This document shows positions 44,182 to 53,502 of a DNA stretch of 64,000 bases, piece after piece. Within the stretch, counting starts at the first letter, position 1, and each line of letters starts with the position of its first letter. The stretch is from assembly GCA_041738285.1 (NCBI GenBank), contig JBGSQB010000090.1:9980-73979 (forward strand), read 5' to 3'. The notes beneath the pieces are model-generated. The model was not told the origin of the DNA, made no database searches, and saw only the letters and a program-made list of their open reading frames with translations. Source of the stretch: Pseudomonadales bacterium (GTDB lineage: Bacteria; Pseudomonadota; Gammaproteobacteria; Pseudomonadales; Azotimanducaceae). The translations under genes and the position numbers were made by a program.

Positions 44182-45696
44182 TCAACCGACGTTGCGGTCG
44201 CTGCCTTCCCAGAACGGTGCGCGCAGCTCCCGTTTCAGAACTTTGCCGGGTCCTGACTTGGGCAAGGGCTCATTGCGAATGTCGATGCCCTTCGGCACTT
44301 TGTAGCCAGCGATGTGCTCGTGACAGAACGCGATCAGTTCCGTCGGATCGACGTTGTGGTGTTCGGGTCGGGGAACTACGACCGCGTGCACGGCCTCGCC
44401 CCACTTTTTGTCCGGCACACCGAACGCGGCCGCTTCGAGCACGGCAGGGTGTCGGTACAACACGTCCTCGATCTCGGTCGAGTACACGTTCTCACCGCCG
44501 GTGACGATCATGTCCTTGCTGCGATCGACCAGGAACACATAGCCGTCTTCGTCCATGTACCCGAGATCACCGGTCCAATAGGCACCGTTCTTGAGTACGG
44601 CTGCGGTCTGCTCCGGCTTGTTCCAGTAGCCCCGCATGACGTTGGGTCCACGCACCACCACTTCGCCGACTTCCCGACGTGCAACCTCGTTGCCGTCCGC
44701 ATCCAGGATGCGCACATCGCATCCCGGCATCGACTGACCGCAGGACCGCGCAAGGGGGCTGTCGATGAGCGCTTGTTCGTCGAGTAGCGCGGTGCACAGC
44801 GGTGACAGCTCCGTGGCGCCATAAACCTCCGCGAGAGCTGCTGTGGGGAAGGCCTGGTGTGTTCTGCGGATGACCTCGGTCGCAATCGGTGACCCGCCGT
44901 GCGCGATAGCACGCAGACTGTCGACTTTGCGCGGCCGCGCGAACTGCTCCTCGGCCATGGCGGCGAGCATCGTGGGCACACCAAGGGTTACGGTGATGCC
45001 GTGCTTCTCGATCAGGTCGAGTGCCTTGCCCGGATCGAATGCTGCGAGCGTCACCTGGCATCCTGTCGTCCAGATATTGGCGAGAACGGCATTGGAACCA
45101 GCGGCATGAAACAGCGGCGCCATCACCAGCACGTGATCGTCGGGATACTGCGGGCAGCAGGCGAGCCAATGATAGGTGTTGGCGATGAGGTTTCGGTGCG
45201 ACAGCATCACGCCTTTCGATGCGCCGGTTGTGCCACCGGTGTAGAAGAGCCCCGCGAGGTCGTTCTCAGTGACGCCGTTGCCCAGCGGATATTCCTTGGC
45301 GCCGGCAATGAGTTTTTCGTAGCCGTCGGGCATGGTGATGACGTGGGCAACGAGATCCTTGAAGGGTTTCGGGTCGCGGTCGGTGATCAGCACCTTGGCG
45401 CCGGAATCCTTGATGGCGTACATCAATTCCGGTTGTGCGTGACGGGTGTTGAGCGGCACGACGACCAGACCACCCGCTGGGACACCGACGTAGGTTTCGA
45501 CGTATTGGTGCGAGTTGGCAGCGAGAATGGCCACGCGATCGCCGTCATCGAGCCCCAGGGCGCGCAATCCACCGACCAGGCGCGCCGCACGCGTCTGCAG
45601 TTGGGCGAAGGTAATCTGCGCGGTCTCGGACACCAGTGCGACCTTTGATGGTGCTACCTGGATGGCCCGGCGCAGCGGGTCGGCGAATGTGGTCAT
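44182..45696 (-). CDS. AMP-dependent acyl-CoA synthetase/ligase
   Basis: FYTGGTTGASKG, YGATEL and C-terminal LPKSGPGKVLKR. Confidence 0.9.
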   Translation of the reverse strand: MTTFADPLRRAIQVAPSKVALVSETAQITFAQLQTRAARLVGGLRALGLDDGDRVAILAANSHQYVETYVGVPAGGLVVVPLNTRHAQPELMYAIKDSGAKVLITDRDPKPFKDLVAHVITMPDGYEKLIAGAKEYPLGNGVTENDLAGLFYTGGTTGASKGVMLSHRNLIANTYHWLACCPQYPDDHVLVMAPLFHAAGSNAVLANIWTTGCQVTLAAFDPGKALDLIEKHGITVTLGVPTMLAAMAEEQFARPRKVDSLRAIAHGGSPIATEVIRRTHQAFPTAALAEVYGATELSPLCTALLDEQALIDSPLARSCGQSMPGCDVRILDADGNEVARREVGEVVVRGPNVMRGYWNKPEQTAAVLKNGAYWTGDLGYMDEDGYVFLVDRSKDMIVTGGENVYSTEIEDVLYRHPAVLEAAAFGVPDKKWGEAVHAVVVPRPEHHNVDPTELIAFCHEHIAGYKVPKGIDIRNEPLPKSGPGKVLKRELRAPFWEGSDRNVG

Positions 45697-45717
45697 TTCT
45701 TCCTCCTCGATCGATGT

Positions 45718-48700
45718 TCAGGCAATTGCCGGAACGGGGGGCGCATCCTCGTCCTTCTGCAATGCCGCGAGGCGCGGCGTGCGCCGCACCAGATAGGTGT
45801 ACATGGTGGGCACCACGAACAACGTGAACAGTGTACCCACCGACATGCCGCCGACAATCACCCAGCCGATGTCATGGCGCGATTCCGCGCCGGGCCCGGA
45901 CGCCGTTGCCAGAGGCATGGCACCGAGCACCATGGCGCCGGTCGTCATCAGTATCGGTCGCAGGCGCATGGCACTTGCTTCTATGACCGCCTCGGTCAGT
46001 GCCTTGCCCTGGGCCCGCAACTGATTGGAGAACTCGACGATCAATATGCCGTGCTTGGTAATCAGTCCGACCAGTGTAATGAGGCCGATCTGACTGAAGA
46101 TGTTGATGGTGCCGCCGGTGAGCGTGAGCGCGAGCAGGGCGCCGCTCAACGCCAGCGGCACGCTGAACATGATGACAAAGGGCGATACGAAACTCTCGAA
46201 CTGCGCGGCAAGAACGAGGTAGATGAACACGAGAGCGAGACCGAATGTGATGTACGCCTTCGCGGATGCTTCCTTGAACTCCCGGGCGACACCTTCGTAG
46301 TCGTATTGGACGGTCGGTCCCATCACGTCCTTGGCAGTGCTCTCGAGTACCGTCAGTGCTTCGCCCAGCGTGTGGTCGGGGCCCACGCTCGCCGTGATCC
46401 GGGCTGAGCGCATTTTGTTGAAGTGGTTGAGTTCGCGCGGTGCAACCGCTTCGCGAACTTCGACCAGGTTCGACAACTGAATCATCGAGCCGTCGGCGCC
46501 ACGCACATAGATGTTGGTGAGGTCGTCCGGGTTGCGGCGATCGACGTCCGCCACTTGAAGTTTGACGTCGTACTGCTCGTTGTTGCGCTTGAACCGGGTT
46601 ACCTCGCGACCGCCCAGCATGGTTTCGAGCGTGCGGCCGATGTCCGCGACGCTGACGCCCACGGCCGCCACCTTCTCGCGTTTGACGTCCACTTTGATCT
46701 CGGGTTTGTTCAGCTTGAGGTCGGTATCCGTGTTGACGATCGACGGATCAGGCTCTACGCGCGCGAGGATTTCCTGAACGGATTTGTCGAGCGCCTCGTA
46801 GCTGTCGGTGGTTTGCAGCACGAACTGAATCGCCTGGGCGCCGCCGCTGGAGGCGCCCAGCGATTGCGGAGTCATCGTGAACGCCCGGATGCCGGGAATC
46901 GACATCACTTTGGGCAACATCTCCCGGGCGATATCCTGGGACGAGCGTGTGCGCTCCTGCCAGGGTGTGAGCGATACGTAGGAGATCATGTTGGTGACCG
47001 TCGGGCGTCCCATGATCATCATGTAGCGCACCACCTCCGGGGTCGATTGGTAGATCTCGTCGATCTGCCACGCGTATGAGTTGAGGTACTCGAGGGTCGC
47101 GCCTTCCGGGGCGCTCGCAAACGACATGACTGTGCCGCGATCTTCCATCGGGGCGAGTTCCGTCGGCAGGCCACGCAGGAGCACGGCCGAGGCGCCGCCG
47201 AGCAGCAACATCATCACGATCACAATGGGACGCGCCGTAAGACTTGCGCGCAGAGTCCTTCGGTAGATGCTGCCGAGGCCTTCGAGCAGCCGCTCGCCGA
47301 AGTTGAAGAACGCGCCATGGCGTGGCTCATGCTTGAGAATGCGCGATGCAAGCGTTGCGGAGAGCGTCAGTGCCACGAACCCGGAAACGATCACGGCGCC
47401 TGCGAGCGTGAGCGCGAATTCGGTAAACAACATGCCGGTCTTGCCTTCGCTCAACGCGATGGGCGCAAACACGGCGGCCAGCGTGAAGGTCATGGCGACA
47501 ATGGCAAACCCAATCTGTTTCGAGCCGACGAATGCGGCCTTGATCGGGTCCATGCCGGTCTCGATGTAGCGGTAGATGTTCTCGAGCATCACGATGGCGT
47601 CGTCCACGACCAGACCGATCGCCAGTACGAACGCGAGCAGGGTGAGCGTGTTGATCGAGAAACCGAAACTCCACATCAGTGCCAGACTGCCGACGAGCGC
47701 GATGGGTATGGTGACCAGGGGCACCAACGTGGCGCGCCAGTTGCGCAGGAACAGAAAGATCACCACCGCGACCAGTGCGATGGCTTCGAAGATGGTGAGG
47801 AAGACGCGATCGATCGACTCCTGCACGAAGATCGCCGAGTCGTAGCCGATGTCCACCTGCATGCCTTCCGGCAGGATGCGATTGAGTTCGAGTAACTCCG
47901 CTCGCGCGGCGGCGGCGACCTCGAGCGGATTGGCGGTGGATTGCTTGACGAGGCCCAGGCCAATGGCACGACGGCCACTCGCCCGCGACATGTTGCGCAC
48001 TTCCTCGGCGCCGATTTCGACGCGCGCGACTTCACCGAGCCGCACCAGATAACCACCCGCGTCCTTCAGAATGATCTGTTCGAACTGCTGTGGCGTACGC
48101 AGATCGGTTTCCGACAGCACCGTGAACTCGCGGTCGGTACTTTCGATGCGGCCAGACGGCACTTCGACGTTTTGCGCGCGCAGCGCGGCTTCGACATCGG
48201 CGGGAGTGAGTTCGTACGCAGCCAGGCGTGCGCGATCGAGCCAGATGCGCATGGAGTATCTGCGCTCGCCCATGATGATGAGCTGAGCGACACCGGGCAG
48301 CACCTGCAGGCGATCCTTGACGATACGGTCGGCGTAGTCGGTCAGTTCCATCTCGTCATGGCGATCCGAATTGATCGCCATGTACATGATGGGCGTTGCG
48401 TCGGACTCGGTCTTGGCGACGATCGGATCTTCTGTTTCGCGTGGCAGCAGGCTGCGCGCGCGCGCCACCCGATCACGCACGTCGTTGGCCGCGATGTCAG
48501 GGTCCTTGTCGACAGTGAAGAGAATGGAGATCTGGGAGAACTCGGCGCGACTGATGGAACTGATGTAGTCGATGCCTTCGATGCCGGAGATGGCGTCCTC
48601 GAGTGGCGTCGTTACCTGGGACTCGATGATCTGGGCGTTGGCGCCGGGGTAGTAGGTCGTGATGCTCACGATCGGATCGTCGATGTCCGGATATTCGCGA

Positions 48701-48801
48701 ATGGTCAGTCGGTCCCACGCGATCAGACCCAGCAGCAGAATGAGCAGGTTGCCGACTGTCGCTAGTACCGGTCGGCGAATCGCGAGATCCGACAGGATCA
48801 T
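45718..48801 (-). CDS. RND efflux transporter permease (AcrB/HAE family)
   Basis: MILSDLAIRRPVLATV N-terminus and 12-TM architecture with two large loops. ATG 48801 forms an ATGA overlap with the adaptor stop. The 1372-aa ORF extension is an Arg/Pro-rich artefact. Confidence 0.92.
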   Translation of the reverse strand: MILSDLAIRRPVLATVGNLLILLLGLIAWDRLTIREYPDIDDPIVSITTYYPGANAQIIESQVTTPLEDAISGIEGIDYISSISRAEFSQISILFTVDKDPDIAANDVRDRVARARSLLPRETEDPIVAKTESDATPIMYMAINSDRHDEMELTDYADRIVKDRLQVLPGVAQLIIMGERRYSMRIWLDRARLAAYELTPADVEAALRAQNVEVPSGRIESTDREFTVLSETDLRTPQQFEQIILKDAGGYLVRLGEVARVEIGAEEVRNMSRASGRRAIGLGLVKQSTANPLEVAAAARAELLELNRILPEGMQVDIGYDSAIFVQESIDRVFLTIFEAIALVAVVIFLFLRNWRATLVPLVTIPIALVGSLALMWSFGFSINTLTLLAFVLAIGLVVDDAIVMLENIYRYIETGMDPIKAAFVGSKQIGFAIVAMTFTLAAVFAPIALSEGKTGMLFTEFALTLAGAVIVSGFVALTLSATLASRILKHEPRHGAFFNFGERLLEGLGSIYRRTLRASLTARPIVIVMMLLLGGASAVLLRGLPTELAPMEDRGTVMSFASAPEGATLEYLNSYAWQIDEIYQSTPEVVRYMMIMGRPTVTNMISYVSLTPWQERTRSSQDIAREMLPKVMSIPGIRAFTMTPQSLGASSGGAQAIQFVLQTTDSYEALDKSVQEILARVEPDPSIVNTDTDLKLNKPEIKVDVKREKVAAVGVSVADIGRTLETMLGGREVTRFKRNNEQYDVKLQVADVDRRNPDDLTNIYVRGADGSMIQLSNLVEVREAVAPRELNHFNKMRSARITASVGPDHTLGEALTVLESTAKDVMGPTVQYDYEGVAREFKEASAKAYITFGLALVFIYLVLAAQFESFVSPFVIMFSVPLALSGALLALTLTGGTINIFSQIGLITLVGLITKHGILIVEFSNQLRAQGKALTEAVIEASAMRLRPILMTTGAMVLGAMPLATASGPGAESRHDIGWVIVGGMSVGTLFTLFVVPTMYTYLVRRTPRLAALQKDEDAPPVPAIA

Positions 48802-49892
48802 GAGCCGGTCTCCGATCCGGTCGGTGCGTCGGTCTTGGCGGCGACGTCCTCGACCACACGTACGGTAGCGCCATCGCGAAGATTCAACTGGCCGGCAGTG
48901 ACGACGACGGCGTCGTTGTCGAGGCCCGCGAGGATCTCTACGCGCGCGTCCTGGCGCTTGCCGACCGTTACTTCCGTGTAGACGGCGCGACCATCGATGA
49001 TGCGATAGACGAAGTGTCGGTCGCCCTGGGGGACGATGGCGTCCTCCGGCACGAGGATGGCGCTGGCGGCGCTGTCGACGATGAGCGACACGCGACAGAA
49101 GAGGCCGGGCCGCAGTTCGAGTTCGGGGTTCGGCAACCGCGCCCGTACCACTACCGCGCGGCCGTTGACGTCTACCTGAGGCTCGATCGCATAGACGCTG
49201 CCTTCGAAGGTGCGGCTGGGGAATGCATCCACACTGATGTCGATGGTCTGGCCGACGGCAACCCGCGGCAGGTGTACTTCGCCGACTCTGAAATCGACCT
49301 TGAGGGCGTCGATTTCCGACAGACTCACGATCGGATCGCCGGCCGCGACGTAGTCGCCGGCGCTGACAACGCGCAGTCCAACCAGACCTGCGAACGGCGC
49401 GGTGATGCGCGTCTTGTCGAGCCGTGCGCGCGCCAGCGCAAGCGATCCCTCGCTGGCTTGTAGCAGCGCAAGGGTTCGGTCCCGCTCCTCGATCGATGCG
49501 GCGCGCTTCTGCACCAGCTGATCGGCGCGTTCGAAGGCCAGTTCCGCGAGCGCCCGGTTGGCGGCCTTCTCCTGGACCTCGGCCTGATACACCGAGTCTT
49601 CCAGTTGGACCAGCAGGGAACCTTGTTTGACGCGTTGGCCTTCGTCGAAGCCGATGCGTGCGATGCGACCGGCAATCTCGGGGCTGACGATGATGCTCTC
49701 GTTGGCGCGCAACGTGCCGACGGCCTGGACGCTGCGCACCACGAGACCAATTTCCACGGCATCGGCTTCCACGGCCGGCGGGGGCATCTGCCAGCCGCCG
49801 CGTGCAGGGGCATCGTCGTTGCTGCGCGCAAGCCAAAGGAGCGCGGCGACGCCAGCGATGAGCAAAGTGATGGCCGCGAACCAGATCTTCAT
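48798..49892 (-). CDS. RND efflux periplasmic adaptor (MFP)
   Basis: TM MKIWFAAITLLIAGVAALLWL, lipoyl/hairpin/beta-barrel motifs (ITAPFAGLVG). Start trimmed to ATG 49892. Confidence 0.88.
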   Translation of the reverse strand: MKIWFAAITLLIAGVAALLWLARSNDDAPARGGWQMPPPAVEADAVEIGLVVRSVQAVGTLRANESIIVSPEIAGRIARIGFDEGQRVKQGSLLVQLEDSVYQAEVQEKAANRALAELAFERADQLVQKRAASIEERDRTLALLQASEGSLALARARLDKTRITAPFAGLVGLRVVSAGDYVAAGDPIVSLSEIDALKVDFRVGEVHLPRVAVGQTIDISVDAFPSRTFEGSVYAIEPQVDVNGRAVVVRARLPNPELELRPGLFCRVSLIVDSAASAILVPEDAIVPQGDRHFVYRIIDGRAVYTEVTVGKRQDARVEILAGLDNDAVVVTAGQLNLRDGATVRVVEDVAAKTDAPTGSETGS

Positions 49893-49951
49893 GTGGCGGC
49901 GGGCAATGGGTGGATCGGCATTATAGGCACAAGCGCACGCAGGCCCGCCGT

Positions 49952-50728
49952 TCAGCTGATCGCCGGTGGGAACAGGGCACCCATTTCCTCGGGCCGGGGC
50001 CGGCGACCGTATTCGGACAGTTCGAATGCCTCGGCGAGCCGCATGGCCGGTGCAAAACGCCGCGCTACCCGGCCGGCATTGGCACGGTGAAACTCGGCGA
50101 GCCACAGACGCCGATCGACCGGGTTGGCTGGCACCGAAGCGGAACGGTCGAGCGTGTGGGGAATCCACTCGTACACTTGCGAGACGTGGGCATCGAGCAT
50201 GGCGATGACGGTGTCGAAGACGGGTTCGATGTCGATGCATGCATCCGCGCGAAACGGCGATGGTAGCGAGAAGAAGTCGGCGAATGTGGCGACAACCGGG
50301 TCTGCGCGCAGGGGTGGTGTGGAAGGCACCACATTGGGCACGCGCACCATGTAACAGGCATCCCGCACCAGCGATGCGACCGCGCGATGATCGGGGTGGT
50401 AGTCGGCTGTACGGTGAGTCAGGACGAGGTCGGGCGCGAAGCTGCGCATCGATTCGATGACGCGCGTGCGAAGGGAGAGCGTTGGTTCGATTTCCCCATC
50501 GGGTACTTGCCAAACCTCGACGTCGGCACCGATCACCGCAGCGGCGCGTTCAGCCTCCTGCAGGCGGCGCTTGGCAAGATCGGCCCGTGGCATCGAGTGA
50601 TGACCGGCGGAGCCGTCACTGACAGAGACCAGTCGCACCGTACTGCCGCGCGCAGCATGAATTGCGAGCAATCCAGCGGCGTGGAATTCGGCATCGTCCG
50701 GATGAGCACCGAACACGAGCACACGCAT
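49952..50728 (-). CDS. PIG-L/LmbE-family deacetylase
   Basis: VFGAHPDDAEF and HPDH metal-binding motifs. Confidence 0.85.
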   Translation of the reverse strand: MRVLVFGAHPDDAEFHAAGLLAIHAARGSTVRLVSVSDGSAGHHSMPRADLAKRRLQEAERAAAVIGADVEVWQVPDGEIEPTLSLRTRVIESMRSFAPDLVLTHRTADYHPDHRAVASLVRDACYMVRVPNVVPSTPPLRADPVVATFADFFSLPSPFRADACIDIEPVFDTVIAMLDAHVSQVYEWIPHTLDRSASVPANPVDRRLWLAEFHRANAGRVARRFAPAMRLAEAFELSEYGRRPRPEEMGALFPPAIS

Positions 50729-50801
50729 CGTACAAACCCCCTACAGCTCCTTACCGCACTTTACAGCTTGGTACGTCGCGATGAGTAGACTGTGCGCCGT
50801 G

Positions 50802-50826
50802 GGAACGACGTCACGTTCCTTTCGTC
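50802..50826 (+). promoter_or_regulatory. ECF-type promoter-like motif GGAAC-N16-CGTC
   Basis: GGAAC 50802-06, 16-nt spacer, CGTC 50823-26, about 45 nt upstream of the small ORF at 50871. The region is also rich in short dyads (GACGTC, GTCGAC). Confidence 0.3.
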
Positions 50827-50870
50827 AGTCGACGTTTGTACCGATGGATACAAGCAGTACAGGAGTAGGT

Positions 50871-51086
50871 GTGGATTACCAGTTTCTCCTCGGGCGGATG
50901 TTCCGTCTGCAGAACCAGGACTACGTCGCCGATGCGCTCGGCAAGGCAGATGGCATCGCCATCGTGCGCGCGTCCGCAAGCATCGATGGTGAAGAGGTGA
51001 TGCGCAGTTTCCCAGCGCACCTGGTCATCGAGCACCTGTTGTGCGATGAAGAAATCGAACTGAGCGGAGTTGCCTTCCCTCGCTGA
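50871..51086 (+). CDS. Hypothetical small protein (71 aa)
   Basis: AGGAG (50861-65) lies 5 nt before GTG 50871. Third-position GC is high from this point on. No recognisable family. ATG 50844 is the alternative start. Confidence 0.4.
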   Translation: MDYQFLLGRMFRLQNQDYVADALGKADGIAIVRASASIDGEEVMRSFPAHLVIEHLLCDEEIELSGVAFPR

Positions 51087-51098
51087 AACCGCGCCAGC

Positions 51099-52361
51099 TC
51101 AGCGCGCGGTGAACTCGATCGGCAGCGCCGAAAGGCCTCGCAGGAGGACGTTCGGCGGATAACGCAATTCGCTTGGATCACAACCGAGCCGAATGTTCTT
51201 GAATCGATCGAGAATCACGTTGAACGCAACCTGCATCTCCTTACGGGCAAGGCTTGCGCCGATGCACATGTGCACGCCGTAGCCAAAGGCGATGTTCGCG
51301 CGGGCGTTCTTCCGGGTGATGTCGAAGCCATCGGGATCGGCAAACACAGCGTCGTCCCGATCGGCCGAGGCGAATCTGATCTGCACCATACTGCCCGCAG
51401 GGATTGTCGTGCCCTTGACTTCGGTGTCCTGGGTGCAGACACGCCACATGTTCGCCGTCGGTGTCGACAGCCGCAGCACCTCTTCCACGAGGTTGTCCAC
51501 GAGGTCGCGATTGGCCTGGACCATCGCCAGCTGATCCGGGTGTGAGATCAGTGCCAGAACGCCTTCGGCGATGGCGGCCGTGGTCGTTTCATTACCCGCA
51601 ACCAACAGCTGCTGGATGATGGAGAGCGATTCGGCAGTATCGAGAGGGCGCTCGCCTTCGAGCCGCGCGTGCACGATGTCTGACAGGATGTCATCGTGCC
51701 GTTCCGACTTACGCTCTTCCAGTTTCCGGGCAAAGTAGTGCTGGTACTCGACGATCAGCTTTGCCGCCTCGACTTCTTCATCGGGTGAGGCCATGCGCGA
51801 CAACTGCGCGACGAACGCATCCGACCACTTGTTGAACAACGGCAGGTCGCTGCGCGGTACGCCCAGTTGATCGGCGATCACTGTCAGCGGCAGTGGGCCG
51901 CAGAACTCGTTCACGAATTCGCACTGGCCCTTGTCGATGAACCGATCGATCAGTTCGTGGCCGATCCTCGCGATGTCGGGTTCGAGCGTGGCTACGCGGC
52001 GCGCCGTGAACGCCTGATTGACGAGCCCTCGATAGCGGCGATGCACAGGCGGATCTTCAGTGAGCATCGTGTCGACGGCTGGATAGCCCTTGGCCTGCTC
52101 CGCGATGATTCGTGGATCCACTTCCGTGCCGCCGCCGCGCATTGCCTGGGCGAAGCGGTTGGAGAACGTTCCGTGATCGGAGGCGATCTTGCGGATCGTC
52201 TCGTAGTCGAACACGAAGTAGATACCCGTGTGCGGGCAATGGTAAATGGGGGATTCAGATCGCAGCCGGGCGTTGTAAGCGTGCGGGCACTGCATGACCG
52301 ACTCATCAAACGGGGTGAACTCGGTCAATGGACGCCGCGTGACGTCTGTTAGTGCGCTCAT
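51099..52361 (-). CDS. Cytochrome P450 monooxygenase
   Basis: Heme loop FGYGVHMCIGASLA, ExxR EVLRLSTP, I-helix AGNETT. GGAGG lies before ATG 52361. Confidence 0.92.
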   Translation of the reverse strand: MSALTDVTRRPLTEFTPFDESVMQCPHAYNARLRSESPIYHCPHTGIYFVFDYETIRKIASDHGTFSNRFAQAMRGGGTEVDPRIIAEQAKGYPAVDTMLTEDPPVHRRYRGLVNQAFTARRVATLEPDIARIGHELIDRFIDKGQCEFVNEFCGPLPLTVIADQLGVPRSDLPLFNKWSDAFVAQLSRMASPDEEVEAAKLIVEYQHYFARKLEERKSERHDDILSDIVHARLEGERPLDTAESLSIIQQLLVAGNETTTAAIAEGVLALISHPDQLAMVQANRDLVDNLVEEVLRLSTPTANMWRVCTQDTEVKGTTIPAGSMVQIRFASADRDDAVFADPDGFDITRKNARANIAFGYGVHMCIGASLARKEMQVAFNVILDRFKNIRLGCDPSELRYPPNVLLRGLSALPIEFTAR

Positions 52362-52480
52362 GGGCCCTCCTGCCGTGCACGCGACTGTAGCACCCACCCG
52401 AAAACAGTCAAATGTGACGGTTTCAGCTGCCAGCACCGTGGGGCGCGCTCGCCCACGACTCCCCATTCGCCCGAAGCGCT

Positions 52481-53479
52481 TTAGACTTGCACCAGCATCT
52501 TGCCGATGTTCTTGCCTTCGAACAGATCGATCAGCGCACGTGGCAGATTCTCGAAACCCGTGACCACCGTCGCACGATGTTTGAGCGCACCCGACTGTAG
52601 CCACTGCTGCATCTCCCTGGCTGCTTCGGGGAAGCGCTTCGCGTAGTCGATCACGATGAATCCTTCCATGCGGGCGCGCCGAAACACCAGGTTGAAGTAG
52701 TTCTTGGGTCCCGCCAGCGGTCCGCTTGTGTTGTAACGCGAGATGCCACCGCAGAGCACAACGCGCGCACCGGTAGCAATACGGGCGAGACACAGATCCA
52801 GGATCTCACCACCGACGTTGTCGAAGTAGATATCGATGCCGTCGGGACACAGCTGCGTCAGTCGCGCGCCGACGTCGTCGTGCTTGTAGTCGATGGCGGC
52901 ATCGAATCCGAGTTCATCGGTTAGCCATTGGCACTTCTGCGCGCCGCCGGCAATGCCGATCACGCGGCAGCCTTTGATCTTCGCAATCTGCCCCGCAATG
53001 CTGCCGGTCGCGCCGGCAGCACCGCTGATGACCACAACATTGCCGGCCTTCGGCCGGCCGATGTCCAGCAGACCGAAATAGGCAGTCATGCCGGTACCGC
53101 CGAGCACGCCGAGTGCGGCGACGGGGTCGACCGCATGGTCGAACGCGCGTAGTGGCGGATCAACGCCGTCGCTGATGCAGTAAGTCTGCATGCCGAGCGA
53201 GCCGCTCACCATCGCGCCCACCGGCAGTTTCGGGTTGTTCGACTGCTCGACGATGCCGACGCCACCCGCGCGCATCACGTCGCCAATTGCGAGTGGCGCC
53301 ACGTAGTCCGCTCGGTTTTCCATCTGACCACGCATCGATGGGTCGAGCGAAAGGTGTGTCGTGCGGATCAGCGCCTGGCGCGGACCGACTTGCGGCAGGT
53401 CCACCTCGCCATAGACGAGATCGCTCTCCTTGACCATGCCGACCGGCCGGGCTGCGATACGGAACTGTCGATTCTTCAC
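52481..53479 (-). CDS. NADP-dependent medium-chain oxidoreductase (alkenal/one reductase, CurA/YncB-like)
   Basis: VVISGAAGATGSIAGQIAK cofactor motif and MDR length. Confidence 0.85.
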   Translation of the reverse strand: MKNRQFRIAARPVGMVKESDLVYGEVDLPQVGPRQALIRTTHLSLDPSMRGQMENRADYVAPLAIGDVMRAGGVGIVEQSNNPKLPVGAMVSGSLGMQTYCISDGVDPPLRAFDHAVDPVAALGVLGGTGMTAYFGLLDIGRPKAGNVVVISGAAGATGSIAGQIAKIKGCRVIGIAGGAQKCQWLTDELGFDAAIDYKHDDVGARLTQLCPDGIDIYFDNVGGEILDLCLARIATGARVVLCGGISRYNTSGPLAGPKNYFNLVFRRARMEGFIVIDYAKRFPEAAREMQQWLQSGALKHRATVVTGFENLPRALIDLFEGKNIGKMLVQV

Positions 53480-53502
53480 GGGGTTACCTCGCTGACGATG
53501 AT

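Noticed and set aside
44033-44305. 90-aa + strand ORF overlapping the small lipoprotein candidate and the end of the acyl-CoA ligase gene
   Set aside because: It is in a different frame from the signal-peptide-like reading, has a Ser/Thr/Arg/Pro-rich translation, and is antisense to a well-supported gene.
45718-49836. 1372-aa single ORF suggesting a giant RND protein; similar long N-terminal extensions on 78..2384, 13242..14897, 33610..34968, 48798..50513, 51099..52793 and 30613..31989
   Set aside because: The extensions are Arg/Pro/Gly-rich, overlap the real upstream gene in another frame and lack family similarity. Canonical family N-termini with an SD or a stop/start overlap occur at internal start codons, so the starts were trimmed.
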